Assembly: GCA_963735035.1 (NCBI GenBank)
Contig: CAVTJJ010000004.1
Span: forward strand, 672,001-736,000
Direction: 5' to 3'
DNA length: 64,000 nt
Source: an uncultured candidate division Zixibacteria bacterium
Lineage (GTDB): Bacteria; Zixibacteria; MSB-5A5; GN15; FEB-12
The notes below the pieces were generated by a model. It was not told the DNA's origin, ran no database searches, and worked only from the letters and a program-made list of their open reading frames with translations. A program made the translations under genes and the position numbers. Position 1 is the first letter of the stretch; every line of letters starts with the position of its first letter. Below, piece after piece: positions 47,859-58,571 of the stretch.

Positions 47859-48411
47859 ATGGATATTTGTCCCTGGTGGTTGGGTTACCTGCTGGTGAAT
47901 CCGCTTCGACGGCTGTTTGAAAACCCGGACAAGCTGTTGGCTCCTTATCTCACGCCGGGCATGACGGTGCTGGATATGGGCTGTGCGATGGGGTTCTTTA
48001 CGGTCCCGGCGGCCCGACTGATCGGCGAGAACGGCCGCGTGCTTGCCGTGGATTTGCAGCCGAAAATGATAAGTGCATTGAAGCGACGGCTCGCTCGGCG
48101 AGGGCTTCTGGACCGCCTGAGACGCTCGTGTGTGCGGCAAGAACGATCTCGGTATTGGGGACTATGATGGCCGGGTCGATCTGGCCCTGCTCATACATGT
48201 CGCGCACGAAGTGCCTGACCGGGACAGACTCTTCGCACAGCTTTATCGGGCCCTCAAACCGGGCGGGAAGCTGCTATTCAAAGAACCGCCGGGTCACGTG
48301 TCGGCCGACGCTTTCGGCGCCACACTGGTGTTGGCTGAGAAGGCTGGGTTTGTCATTGACCCGATGTTTGGCGGTGGGCGCGGGCATAAGCGAGTCTTGT
48401 CGAAAGCGTGA
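47859..48411 (+). CDS. Class I SAM-dependent methyltransferase (one +1 frameshift near 48120)
   Basis: ICPWWLGY, VLDMGCAMG, AVDLQPKM in the first ORF; VAHEVPD, LKPGG in the second; joined length about 183 aa. Confidence 0.85.
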
Positions 48412-48493
48412 CGTTGCTTGGCAGGACGCCGATTTTGTGCCGCACCGATAGTTGTTGACTGCCGGTAGTCGGCTAGGTAAGAATGATACTGTC

Positions 48494-49732
48494 ATGGTTG
48501 ACGTTAACTGGTCACTGCCGCTTCGATTCTTGCTGACTCTCGGACTCTCGTTTCTGGTGGGCCTGGAGCGGGAGAGTTCCGCGCTCTATTCCAAAGGGCG
48601 AGTCTTCGCCGGCGTACGTACCTATTCGCTCATCGGAACGTTTGGTTTCGGCTGCGCCATTCTGTACCAGAGCGTGCCGTGGATGTTGCCCGCCGGGATG
48701 CTGGCCCTGGCCGGTCTGGCGGTGGTTGGGTATCTGGCGAAACTTCGCGAGGGGCATGTCGGCTGGACCTCCGAAGTTGCGAGCATAATCACGTTCGTTA
48801 TGGGGGCGTTATGCCTGCTGGCGGATATCTGGGTGCCGATGGCTATCGGGATCATTACGACTCTCCTGCTTTCGGAAAAAGCCCAGGTTGAAAAGTTCGT
48901 AGACAATCTCGACAAGACCGAATTCCATGCCGTGGTCCGGTTCCTAATTGTCTCGGTTATAATTCTGCCAGCCTTGCCCAATCAGGCCTACACTGAGTAC
49001 AATCTTAATCCGCATCACATCTGGCGCGTGGTGGTGCTGGTGTCGTCGATCGGTTTCGCCGGGTATTTCTTGGCGAAACGATTCGGCGAAAAACTCGGTC
49101 TGTGGATGTCCGGTCTGTTTGGCGGCATCGTTTCGAGTACGGCTACCAGTATTGCCGCGGGGCGCATCGCCGGACGGTCTCCTGAGCGCGCCGCGACCGC
49201 ACTTCAGGCATCGATCATAGCCTCCAGCGTTATGTACCTGCGGGTCTTAGTGCTGATTTGGTTCGTGTCGCCCGATTTTGCGGACCGCGTGTGGGCGCAG
49301 TTAGTTATCCTTGCGTTCATAGGTGGTGTTATGGTTCTGACGGTTCGAGGAACCAACCATACGGCGTCCACTGAGCGGGTCGAACCACAGCGCAATCCGT
49401 TTGAAATCCGCCCGGCCCTGATCTTTGCCTCATTGTTTGTGGCGCTTTCGGTGGTGACGGTGTTTGCCAGCAAGTACTACGGCGATACCGGTTTAATGGC
49501 TCTGTCCGGTCTGGTCGGCGTGACCGATATCGACCCGTTTATTCTCTCGCTGGTCAGTCGGACCGGAGAAATTCAGAGTCTCGCGGTCACGGCCGTACTC
49601 GTATCAATGGCCAGCAACACGCTGATAAAGGGGCTCTATTTCGGATTCCAGGCCCGCCCGATGAGGGTAGCGGCGTTGTGGCGTTTTGGTCTCTGGGCGG
49701 CGCTGCATTTCGTCGTGATTCAATTCAGTTAG
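48494..49732 (+). CDS. MgtC/SapB family membrane protein with DUF4010
   Basis: LVGLERE, AGVRTY, GWTSE, GGIVSSTAT, GVTDIDPF, SNTLIK. Confidence 0.9.
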   Translation: MVDVNWSLPLRFLLTLGLSFLVGLERESSALYSKGRVFAGVRTYSLIGTFGFGCAILYQSVPWMLPAGMLALAGLAVVGYLAKLREGHVGWTSEVASIITFVMGALCLLADIWVPMAIGIITTLLLSEKAQVEKFVDNLDKTEFHAVVRFLIVSVIILPALPNQAYTEYNLNPHHIWRVVVLVSSIGFAGYFLAKRFGEKLGLWMSGLFGGIVSSTATSIAAGRIAGRSPERAATALQASIIASSVMYLRVLVLIWFVSPDFADRVWAQLVILAFIGGVMVLTVRGTNHTASTERVEPQRNPFEIRPALIFASLFVALSVVTVFASKYYGDTGLMALSGLVGVTDIDPFILSLVSRTGEIQSLAVTAVLVSMASNTLIKGLYFGFQARPMRVAALWRFGLWAALHFVVIQFS

Positions 49733-49785
49733 TCTGGGTTGGCACGCCTTCTGAGGTTATATCGAATCGTTCGGGAAGGGGCTGA

Positions 49786-50451
49786 GTGAAGACGATCTAT
49801 TGCATACCGGGGCTTGGCGCCAACGAGACAATCTTTTCCAAACTGAATCCCAGGCTGGCCGAAATCAAACCGCTCAAGATGCCACGGCCCGCGCCTGATG
49901 AAAGCATTAGCTCTTATGCAGGGCGACTGGCAGTACAGATCGATACGAGCCGACCATTCTGGCTGCTGGGTCAGTCATTCGGTGGCATGCTGGCGATTGA
50001 ATTGGCGGGAAGGTGTCAGACTGAGAGGCTGATTCTTGTTTCGAGCGCCAGAAGCCGGGACGAATTGCCATGGTACGGCCGCCTGATCGGGAATCTTCGG
50101 CTCCACCGGCTGGTCCCCCTTTCGCAACCTCGTTTCATATCGCCGGTGAGTAAGTTTCTGAACGGTATCAAGTCCGCTGAGGACCTGGCCGTACTAAGGG
50201 GTTTTGCGGTGGGGCGGGATGTCGAGCTATTGCGATGGTCAACCGATCAGGCAATCAGATGGCGCGGGGGAGCGGCGCCCGCAAACATGGTTTGCATTCA
50301 TGGTACGGCCGATCGTCTTATTCCGGCGAGGAATGTGCATGCCGATTACTGGATTGAGAGCGGCACACACTTCATGATCGTTACGCGAGGGCAGGAAATT
50401 AGCGACCTAATTGACAATCTTATTGCCGGCGAATCCGGCCTGCGAAGTTGA
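49786..50451 (+). CDS. Alpha/beta hydrolase
   Basis: PGLGA, GQSFGG nucleophile elbow, IHGTAD, GTHFM. Confidence 0.9.
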   Translation: MKTIYCIPGLGANETIFSKLNPRLAEIKPLKMPRPAPDESISSYAGRLAVQIDTSRPFWLLGQSFGGMLAIELAGRCQTERLILVSSARSRDELPWYGRLIGNLRLHRLVPLSQPRFISPVSKFLNGIKSAEDLAVLRGFAVGRDVELLRWSTDQAIRWRGGAAPANMVCIHGTADRLIPARNVHADYWIESGTHFMIVTRGQEISDLIDNLIAGESGLRS

Positions 50452-50516
50452 CGCAGGAGTTGTGTCCGGCGCAACCATGGCGTATAATTCCCGTAAGTCA
50501 GATAGAGGATAATATT

Positions 50517-50714
50517 ATGCCGGTCTTTCTGCTCTGGTTGATTCTTGCGGTAATTTGCCTGCCATTAGCGCTGATAGTAATGGTGCTGTTTCCGCTCATC
50601 TGGCTGATTTTGCTTCCGTTAAGGCTGTTGGGAATAGCGGTCGAAGGCGTTTTCGAGTTCCTTCGCGCCCTGGTAATGCTTCCCGCCCGGCTCCTCGGCG
50701 GCGGGCGGCGCTAG
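50517..50714 (+). CDS. Small hydrophobic membrane protein
   Basis: 65-aa Leu/Pro-rich ORF with GAGG SD; TTGTGT-N17-TATAAT at 50460-50488. Confidence 0.7.
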   Translation: MPVFLLWLILAVICLPLALIVMVLFPLIWLILLPLRLLGIAVEGVFEFLRALVMLPARLLGGGRR

Positions 50715-50731
50715 CCCGACCTAACCCCGAT

Positions 50732-50759
50732 TTGACAAACCTCAGGATCAAGTTATATT
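50732..50759 (+). promoter_or_regulatory. Putative sigma70 promoter for the DUF362-SET genes
   Basis: TTGACA-N16-TATATT. Confidence 0.5.
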
Positions 50760-50931
50760 CCATTATTGTTAAGTTTTGCAGGGCAGAACCTGACCGCGGT
50801 TTTGCCGCCCTGGCAGAACCACCCGCCGCGCGGGGTACTGCCCTATTGATTTTTGGAGAGACCGTTGTCGGGACCTCGCCTCGGCGAGCAGGCACAAGGG
50901 TCCCGACCTACTGTGAAAGTGAATTGATTCG

Positions 50932-52026
50932 ATGCCGTCAAGAGCCAAAGTTGCCGTCCTAAGAACCAACGCCGAGCAGGTGGTAACCGATTATCGCCGC
51001 TTGCTGGAATTGGCCAACTATAAGTCAATCCTGGATTTCAACCAGGACACGATCATCAAGCTTAACCTCTCCTGGACCAAGTATTTCCCGGCCTGTTCGT
51101 CCCAGCCCTGGCAGGTCGAAGGGGTGGTCAAGACCCTGGTCGAGGATGGTTTCCCGCGCAATCGGCTCTTCCCGGTCGAGAACAAGACGGTCGTCACCAA
51201 CCCGATCAAAGGGGCAGAGAACAACCTTTGGATGCCGGTGCTGAAACAGTACGGGCTTGGTTTTCAGCCGCTGCCCGATGTCGAATGGACCGTCTATCAG
51301 TTCAAAGAGAAACTGCTCAAACTGGATCAGATATTCCCCGAGGGGATTCAGATTCCTAAGATGTACATCGGGAAGCAGATTATCCATCTTCCGACGGTCA
51401 AGACTCACGGCCACTCGACCACCACGGGGGCGATCAAGAATTCGTTCGGGGGGCTGCTCAAGGAAGTCCGTCACTACGCCCACAAGTACATGCACGAGGT
51501 GCTGGTCGATCTTATGATCATGCAGAAAGAGCTGCATCCAAGATTGCTCGCTGTGATGGACGGAACCGTCGCAGGCGACGGGGCCGGACCGAGAACTATG
51601 ATTCCCCACGCCAAGAACCTGATCTTGGCGTCGTCCGATTCGGTCGCGATCGATTCGGTGGCTGCCCGCCTGATGGGGTTCGATCCGCTTTCGATACCGT
51701 ACCTTCGCATGTGCCATGAGCGTGGGCTGGGCGTGGCTGATCTAAGAGAAATCGAAGTTGTCGGCGAGGACATCTCCGAAATCAATTTCCATTTTGCGGT
51801 GAAGAAATCATTGGTCATCTGGGGCGACCAGATGCTTCGCAAGGGTCCCCTCCGGTTTCTGGAGAGGATTGCCCTGCACTCGCCGCTAGTTGTCTGGGCG
51901 CCGGCGGCGTCGAATTTCTACCACGACGTTCTCTGGTATCCAACCGTGGGGAAATCGATCATCCGCAAATTTTCCCAGACCGAATGGGGACGGTTGTTCG
52001 CGCAATACAAAGCGCGCAAGAATTGA
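50932..52026 (+). CDS. DUF362 domain protein
   Basis: IKLN, LPTVKTH...TGAIKNSFG, DGTVAGDGAGP, DSVAIDSVAARLMGFDP. Confidence 0.9.
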   Translation: MPSRAKVAVLRTNAEQVVTDYRRLLELANYKSILDFNQDTIIKLNLSWTKYFPACSSQPWQVEGVVKTLVEDGFPRNRLFPVENKTVVTNPIKGAENNLWMPVLKQYGLGFQPLPDVEWTVYQFKEKLLKLDQIFPEGIQIPKMYIGKQIIHLPTVKTHGHSTTTGAIKNSFGGLLKEVRHYAHKYMHEVLVDLMIMQKELHPRLLAVMDGTVAGDGAGPRTMIPHAKNLILASSDSVAIDSVAARLMGFDPLSIPYLRMCHERGLGVADLREIEVVGEDISEINFHFAVKKSLVIWGDQMLRKGPLRFLERIALHSPLVVWAPAASNFYHDVLWYPTVGKSIIRKFSQTEWGRLFAQYKARKN

Positions 52027-52062
52027 AGTTAAACAATCACATATTGCATATCGGTTACCGTC

Positions 52063-52527
52063 ATGAAAAATGATTCACGCACCTCCAGGAAGCTTATCCT
52101 CAGGAACTCACGCATCCAGGGACGGGGTGTGTTCGCCGGGCGCAGGATCCGCAAAGGTCAGCGGATTATCGAGTATATCGGCGAGATTATCACGGTCGAA
52201 GAAGAACAGCGGCGCTATGACGACGACGCCATGTCGCGCCACCATACTTTTCTGTTCAAGATCGACGAGAAGATAACGATCGACGCCACCCGTCGCGGCA
52301 ATATGGCCCGATATATCAATCACTCCTGCGGGCCGAATTGCGAGGCGGTGATGGAAGACGGACGGATTTTCATCGAAGCGATCCGCAACATCCAGCCGGG
52401 CACCGAGCTGACGTATGATTATTCATACGAGCACGAGGGTGAGCTCACGGCGGAACTCAAGGAATTCTATTTCTGCCGCTGCGGCTCCGACAACTGCCGT
52501 GGGACTATTCTCAATCCGATCGACTGA
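52063..52527 (+). CDS. SET-domain protein-lysine methyltransferase with post-SET motif
   Basis: GRGVFA, IIEYIGE, RYINHSCGPN, ELTYDY, CRCGSDNCRG. Confidence 0.93.
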   Translation: MKNDSRTSRKLILRNSRIQGRGVFAGRRIRKGQRIIEYIGEIITVEEEQRRYDDDAMSRHHTFLFKIDEKITIDATRRGNMARYINHSCGPNCEAVMEDGRIFIEAIRNIQPGTELTYDYSYEHEGELTAELKEFYFCRCGSDNCRGTILNPID

Positions 52528-52607
52528 TCCAGACAGGGCGGGGGGAGGGCATCGGTGACCTTCTTGTTCGGTATGTCGAATTCATAACAACCTTTAGCAA
52601 AACTCCA

Positions 52608-52635
52608 GTAACTATTCTTGAGGTTTCTGCGTCTA
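52608..52635 (+). promoter_or_regulatory. Putative ECF-sigma promoter
   Basis: GTAAC-N17-CGTCTA (AAC/CGT ECF pattern) upstream of the DUF5916 gene. Confidence 0.45.
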
Positions 52636-52718
52636 CAGAGCAGACACCGCGGTCGTCCTACCGCCAGAGTAATCTTGTGGCAGCCGCGGTATAGCCATGT
52701 TCTTCGAGGAGAATCATC

Positions 52719-55076
52719 ATGCGTTCTTGGCAACTTCGCTCTCTCTCGTTGATGGCGCTGTTTTCAGCCATCGGCGTATTACCTGCGGCGGCGCAGGACG
52801 GCTTCGTTCCGGTATACAAGCCGTCACTTCAAGTACAAAGGGCGGCCGGGGAGATTTCTATCGACGGGTTTCTGAATGATCCCGGCTGGCAGGGGCTAAA
52901 TGCGGCGGAGAATTTCGTCGAAAATGATCCCGGCAATCAGATCAAGCCACCGGTCGATACGAAAGCGTTCGTGACTTACGACAATGACAATCTGTATGTC
53001 GCCATAATCGCCTATGACAACCCCGCGGATATTCGGGCGTCGATGTGCGAACGGGACATGATCTTCAACGACGACAATGTCGGTTTCTTTCTCGACACCT
53101 ATGGCGATGCCGCCTGGGCGTACACGCTCAATATCAACCCCTATGGGGTTCAGGGTGATGCGCTCTGGACCAACGGTTTTGGTGAAGACAGCCAGTTTGA
53201 TTTGGTCTGGAAGTCAGCCGGCCGGATCACCGATTCCGGGTATCAGGTTGAACTGGCCATTCCCTTTAGCTCACTCCGGTTCCCCGTCAAAGAGGAGCAG
53301 GTCTGGCGGGTGGATTTCTGGCGGCATCACTGGCGCGAAGTTCACCACAATATATCCTGGTCAGCTTATGATCGCGACGAATCCTGCTGGCCCTGTCAGT
53401 GGGGGACGGTGACTGGCATAAATAATGTAACCCCTGGGAAGGGAATAGAGATTATCCCCGCCCTGGTCGGATATCAGTCGGGTCAGTCGACTGCCATTTC
53501 AAGGTCGGGCGGCCAGACCGATTCGCTTGGCTGGACAAATCTGGATCCTGACGAAGAACTCTCACTCAGTACCAAGTATTCGATCAGCTCCAATGCTACA
53601 GTGGAACTGACGCTCAATCCGGATTTCAGCCAGGTCGAAGCCGATGCCGACCAGATCGACGTTAACTCGCCAACCGCGCTGTCGTTTCCGGAGAAACGTC
53701 CCTTCTTTCAGGAAGGTCGGGACCTGTTCCAGACGATCTTCGATGTTGTCTACACCCGCTCAATCAATGATCCGGTCGCGGCGGGAAAGTTCACTCTTCG
53801 ACGGGGGGCCACCAGTGTCGGGTATCTCGGTGCGTACGACGAGCACAGTCCGGTGATAATCCCGTTCGAGGACTTCAGCACTCCCGACCTCCAGGGAGGC
53901 AAGAGCAAATCGAACATTGTCAGCCTCAAACACACGTTCAAAGACAACTCCCAGTTTGGTTTCCTGGTGACCGACCGTCGCTTCGACGAAAAAGGGGGCG
54001 CCGGCTCGGCGTTCAGCCTCGACGGTTCGCTCCGACTGACCAAGAGCCTGCGATTCCTGGGACAGGGTGTTGCCAGCCATACCACCGAACCAAACGACAC
54101 CGCCTTCACATCCCCTGGTTACCTGGATCGATTCGATGCTGATACCGCCACCAATCTCAACAGTCAACTCTTCGATGGCAAACACACCGCCGGGTACGAC
54201 GGGGAATCGTTCTGGGGTCATTCGTTCATAGGAATTCTCGAATATAACGGGCGGAATCTCTTTGTAAGTCCGCAATACTCCGAATGGAGTCCGACGTTTC
54301 GAGTTGACAACGGTTTCGAGCCCCGCAATAACAGGAGGCAAGCCACCCTTATTTCATACTACAAGTTTCGTTTTGACCAGGGCCTTGTCCAGTCAATCAC
54401 ACCTCAGATCAATATAGCCAAAGTATGGAATTTCGACGGTACCACGAAGGACAGGTACATCTACGCCGATCTTTCAACCTATTTGAGAAGGTCTCAGATC
54501 GGTATTCACTCCCAGTACATGGCCAGCAAGGAGCTGTATCGCGGAATTCTCTTCGGTGGCATCTGGAATTATCACCAGTGTCTTTCGGTTACTCCGAGCA
54601 AGTTCATATCGTTCGGAGGCAGCATAGGCTATGGCGATCAGGTTGCGTACAACTACCGGGTCATGGGCCGGCAGACGAGGCACACTCTCTTTTGTAACCT
54701 CCATCCATTAGATCGAATTCAATCCGAAAACACCTTCACTCATCTGCGTAGCGTGAGCAAGGCGAACGGGAGTGAGCTGTTTGACGGATTCATCGTGCGG
54801 TCGCGGCTGAGTCTTCAGTACAATCGGGAATTGTCTTTCCGATTCGTGGTTCAGTACAATGATTTCGGCAAGACCTGGGATTTCGATCCTCTGATTACCT
54901 ATCAGATCAATCCGTTTACGCTGTTCTATATCGGGACGACCTACGATTACCAGAAAGAATACGGCGTGAGCATCGACGGCACAACGTATGCCGGCGATGG
55001 TGAAGATAGTCGCGATATGAATCGTCTCCAATCGCGCCAGTTCTTTATGAAACTGCAGTATCTCTTCCAACTATGA
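52719..55076 (+). CDS. Outer-membrane protein with CBM9-like N-terminus (DUF5916 family)
   Basis: Signal peptide; IDGFLNDPGW, YDNDNLYV, ELAIPFSSLRF, LNPDFSQVEAD, FPEKRPFFQEG; C-terminal FMKLQYLF. Confidence 0.85.
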   Translation: MRSWQLRSLSLMALFSAIGVLPAAAQDGFVPVYKPSLQVQRAAGEISIDGFLNDPGWQGLNAAENFVENDPGNQIKPPVDTKAFVTYDNDNLYVAIIAYDNPADIRASMCERDMIFNDDNVGFFLDTYGDAAWAYTLNINPYGVQGDALWTNGFGEDSQFDLVWKSAGRITDSGYQVELAIPFSSLRFPVKEEQVWRVDFWRHHWREVHHNISWSAYDRDESCWPCQWGTVTGINNVTPGKGIEIIPALVGYQSGQSTAISRSGGQTDSLGWTNLDPDEELSLSTKYSISSNATVELTLNPDFSQVEADADQIDVNSPTALSFPEKRPFFQEGRDLFQTIFDVVYTRSINDPVAAGKFTLRRGATSVGYLGAYDEHSPVIIPFEDFSTPDLQGGKSKSNIVSLKHTFKDNSQFGFLVTDRRFDEKGGAGSAFSLDGSLRLTKSLRFLGQGVASHTTEPNDTAFTSPGYLDRFDADTATNLNSQLFDGKHTAGYDGESFWGHSFIGILEYNGRNLFVSPQYSEWSPTFRVDNGFEPRNNRRQATLISYYKFRFDQGLVQSITPQINIAKVWNFDGTTKDRYIYADLSTYLRRSQIGIHSQYMASKELYRGILFGGIWNYHQCLSVTPSKFISFGGSIGYGDQVAYNYRVMGRQTRHTLFCNLHPLDRIQSENTFTHLRSVSKANGSELFDGFIVRSRLSLQYNRELSFRFVVQYNDFGKTWDFDPLITYQINPFTLFYIGTTYDYQKEYGVSIDGTTYAGDGEDSRDMNRLQSRQFFMKLQYLFQL

Positions 55077-55081
55077 ACGAA

Positions 55082-55115
55082 AAGCGGGGCGCCATAGGGC
55101 GCCCCGCTTCTTCGT
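55082..55115. terminator. Bidirectional terminator
   Basis: AAGCGGGGCGCC-ATAG-GGCGCCCCGCTT between convergent genes. Confidence 0.8.
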
Positions 55116-55139
55116 TCCTGTTTCGGGAAGAGTGGACGT

Positions 55140-56213
55140 TTACTTCGTAACGCCGTTGTTATCCGTAATCTCCGGTGTCCAGGGGCACGATTGCCGCCAG
55201 ACTCCAAGAAATGGTTTCTCCAGAGAACTCGCGACCGGCGACACGAAGTCGCCGAATTCGGCCAGCATGAAGCCGCCCTTGTTGGTGCCGTCTACGAATG
55301 TGAACGTACCCTTGAACCAACCGTGGCCCGTACCGCACATCGGACACATTCGCGGGTCATCGTACCACCACGTCCCCTTGAATTCGGCCATAACGTAGGT
55401 CAGGAAGTATCCTGAGACCGAGCCGGAGTACTCGCGGGTGCCGTCATCGTTGGTCCAGAAGGTTCCCGTGATGACGCCTTCCGGCTCGCCGCGATAATTC
55501 AGCCAGAGTCCTTCGATTCGTCCGGAGGCTCCGGAGAGGTCGGACTGGATCCATTTCCCTTCCATAAATCCGCCGGGGCAGCGATCCGGCCAAATCTGAC
55601 GAGAGTGGACCGCGACGGCATTGCCCTGAGGCAGGACATAGAATTTGTCCAGCTTGATCAGCTCGCCGAAATTGAATTCGAGCGACAATGGGGTGGTCTC
55701 GAAATGCAGCGTCGGCGCCATGATGTACGTGATGTCGCGCCGCAGAAATATCAGGAAGCTGATGCCGTCGAAATCAACCGATGTTTGCGATACCCAGACT
55801 ACTTCGGATGGGATGTCTTCCGTGACGAGTGAATCCTGGCCATTTTCGAAATTGATCGTCCTACGCGCCTGTACTACCGATACACCGTTGACCCAGAGCT
55901 TGCCCGACCAGTCGGTGACGGGCATTCCGGGCAGGAGTGAATTGGACAACTGCCCCCAGAGAATCGTGACCGCGTATACGTCGCTGTTCCTGACCACGTC
56001 AAACGGCGGCCAGGCGGTCCAGTCCGCGAGTACCGACGGCACGGTCTTGAGCTCGGCCGGAGTATTCGATTCCAACAGGGTCATTACGGCGCCGGGAGTC
56101 TCTGTCGTCACCGGTCCGACCGGCGTGGTCGCAATGGGAGAGCTGTCTTTATCGCTGCAACCAAGCGCAATGAGGAGAACGGCTCCAAGAGTGAGAGAAA
56201 GGAGAGTACGCAT
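55140..56213 (-). CDS. Hypothetical lipoprotein (beta-rich, CxxC near C-terminus)
   Basis: Lipobox IALGC; Gly/Trp-rich strands; CPMC. Confidence 0.75.
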   Translation of the reverse strand: MRTLLSLTLGAVLLIALGCSDKDSSPIATTPVGPVTTETPGAVMTLLESNTPAELKTVPSVLADWTAWPPFDVVRNSDVYAVTILWGQLSNSLLPGMPVTDWSGKLWVNGVSVVQARRTINFENGQDSLVTEDIPSEVVWVSQTSVDFDGISFLIFLRRDITYIMAPTLHFETTPLSLEFNFGELIKLDKFYVLPQGNAVAVHSRQIWPDRCPGGFMEGKWIQSDLSGASGRIEGLWLNYRGEPEGVITGTFWTNDDGTREYSGSVSGYFLTYVMAEFKGTWWYDDPRMCPMCGTGHGWFKGTFTFVDGTNKGGFMLAEFGDFVSPVASSLEKPFLGVWRQSCPWTPEITDNNGVTK

Positions 56214-56423
56214 AGACGCCTCGTTCGCTTTGAGGTTCCGAACACCGGGCCAAACGCCCGGCTGACCTGGTCACACAGCTTAATGAAGAATATCGGCCTG
56301 GCGTCTAGAAATAAGTAGTCGAACTGCTACGATGCAACTGTTTTGTAATTGCTCTGTCAGGCAATAAGAAAGGCGGGCGACCGATTGCCGGCCACCCGCC
56401 TGAAGGTATTCAATTACTTAGGC

Positions 56424-57144
56424 TTAGAAGAAAGTGGTTTTTACGCCGGCCATGACTAGCCCGAATCTGCTGAAAGCCTATCATGACTAACATGGCTAAC
56501 AGCCAGATCACCAACGAGATCGTTATCCCTTTGCCGCGAGACAGGCCGAATATGGCGGCATATCCCAATCCGCCCACGATGACTCCCCATATAGCGAACA
56601 GATCGGCGTAGTAAAGAAGCGAGTACATGAAAGATGTGAAATCTTTGCCCGGCATCAAGGCGGCTAGACCAACGGATACGTAGATGCTATCTTTAGCTAC
56701 TATCAGAACGGATCTGATCACACCGCCAATCATAGGAATCAACCCGGTTAACAGACCTACCGCCCAAACATGGCTATAGAGCGCCTTCTTGCCAAATAGG
56801 AAACTTCCGAACATCCAGGCCAGCAAGGCGCCAATCAACGAAATGATCACATACACGATTGGTCCGGCGATTAAGGCACCCACCGGGCTGGGATTCTGGG
56901 CAGAGGCTCGCATCTGTTCCATTATCGCAGGGGGAAGGGTGGAAGTACTGAGCAATTCAGCCTGGGCCTGGGCGTTCTGCTTGTAGGGCAGACCACCGGC
57001 GACTGCCATCAGAATCATACACAAAATCAGCGGGACTACCCAGGTCGGTTTCTGTTTGAAATCATCGAGGGCCTTCACCGGCGCGAAAAATATGTCGCCA
57101 ATGATTGCCCAGATACTCCTTGACGCCACGGGAACAGTATCCAT
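56424..57144 (-). CDS. Yip1-family membrane protein (probable +1 frameshift near the C-terminus)
   Basis: IFFAPVKALDDFKQKPTW and multi-TM pattern; AGGAG SD; removing one base at 56473-56475 gives ...FSRFGLVMAGVKTTFF* ending at 56424. Confidence 0.78.
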
Positions 57145-57403
57145 TACTTCGACTCCTGAATTTGGTTCACATACTGAAAGGTTCGTCAGTCTGGCAAGGT
57201 GCGACATCAAAATACCGGTTTCGATAGCGGCGATACAAGTCTTTATGTCGCACACTGCCCACTACGGCAATTACTACGAAACGGCCGAAGTATTCGACCA
57301 CTATTTTTGCGCTAGATGCGGCCCCTGTTCCACACCGTTGCCCACTGCAGGAGCTCGTCGTAACTAATTGAATAGTAATTGATTGCCGGGCTTGAATACC
57401 AAC

Positions 57404-58144
57404 ATGACAGATTTCGAACTGGCGGTAATTGCTGATGTCCATGGCAATCGATGGGCGCTTGAAGCCGTCCTGCGGGACATGGACCATCGGGGCATCCGTC
57501 GGTTTGTCAACCTGGGCGACTGCGTCTACGGACCGCTCGATCCTGCCGGCACGGCCGATCTGCTGATGTCGCTCCGCCAGCGGACTGTGCGCGGCAATGA
57601 GGATCGCATTATCACTGACGAATCAATATCGGATATATCATCGCCCACCCTGGCTTTCACGCGCGACCTGCTCAACGACCGCCACAAACTGTGGCTGGCC
57701 GGGCTGGCGCTTTCTATGACTATCGAGCCGGATGTCTTCTATTTTCACGGTACGCCTGATCGCGACGATCAGTATCTGCTTCGCGAGGTCACCCCGGAAG
57801 GACTACGAGACCGCTCGCCCGAGGGAATAGCCTCTTTACTTGATGGCATCAACTACCGATTGATTCTTTGTGGGCACGATCACACTCCGGGGGCGCTGAC
57901 ACTTCCGGATGGGCGATTGGTAGTGAATCCGGGAAGTGTCGGCCTTCAGGCTTACACCGATGATCAACCGCATCATCATGTAGTCAGTAATCACTCGCCG
58001 CACGCGCGGTATGCAATCGTGAAACGAACCGAATCCGTCTGGACCGCAAATCACGTTCAAGTTGAATACGATTGGACCGCCGCCGCCGAATTGGCCACTG
58101 AAAACGGCCGCCCTGACTGGGCGAACTGGCTCCGACGAGGGTAG
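57404..58144 (+). CDS. Metallophosphoesterase family protein
   Basis: DVHGN, LGDCV, RGNED, FHG, GHDH, NPGSVG. Confidence 0.92.
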   Translation: MTDFELAVIADVHGNRWALEAVLRDMDHRGIRRFVNLGDCVYGPLDPAGTADLLMSLRQRTVRGNEDRIITDESISDISSPTLAFTRDLLNDRHKLWLAGLALSMTIEPDVFYFHGTPDRDDQYLLREVTPEGLRDRSPEGIASLLDGINYRLILCGHDHTPGALTLPDGRLVVNPGSVGLQAYTDDQPHHHVVSNHSPHARYAIVKRTESVWTANHVQVEYDWTAAAELATENGRPDWANWLRRG

Positions 58145-58166
58145 GGAGGGGACCTGACACGAAGCG

Positions 58167-58480
58167 GGTTGCGTCAGGTCCTGCCCGAGAACGCCGAAGG
58201 CGGTATCGGGTGTGACCTGACGCTTCAAGTCACCCTGCGCTTGTCGAAGGGTGACTTGAAGCACCGTTTCGTCATTCCTGCGAAGGCAGGAACCCAGACA
58301 AGCTGGACGGTCACTGTGGTTGGTGTTCGATAGAAGTCCCGTTTCGAGCAACTCTTCTGACATCAATGCTCTCTTCATGGCGATCTTGGCTGGGCCCCCG
58401 ACGCCTCGGGGGTGACGGCCTTTCGGCCGTATGCGCTAGTGTGGTCGGCAGAGCCTGCCCCCGACTTGATCGGGGGCCTC
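58167..58480. repeat. Cluster of REP-like palindromes upstream of hypB
   Basis: GCGTCAGGTC...GACCTGACGC; GTCATTCCTGC-GAAG-GCAGGAACCCA; CCCCCGAC...TCGGGGGTGACGGCC; GCCCCCGA...TCGGGGGC. Confidence 0.75.
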
Positions 58481-58571
58481 GTCTGACCCCTGATCCGGCG
58501 CTCCTTAGCTTGCGGGTGGGGTTGTTTCCGGCTATGTTACTCGTAGATCCTAACCTTGAAAGCAGGTCCCC

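Noticed and set aside
49740..49754. Sigma54-like TGGCACG upstream of the alpha/beta hydrolase
   Set aside because: The -12 element reads CTGA (two mismatches), and the site is only 7 nt after the previous stop codon, leaving no intergenic room for an enhancer.
56290..56317. Sigma28-like GCCGATAT on the minus strand upstream of the lipoprotein gene
   Set aside because: No TAAA-like -35 box at 15-16 nt spacing.
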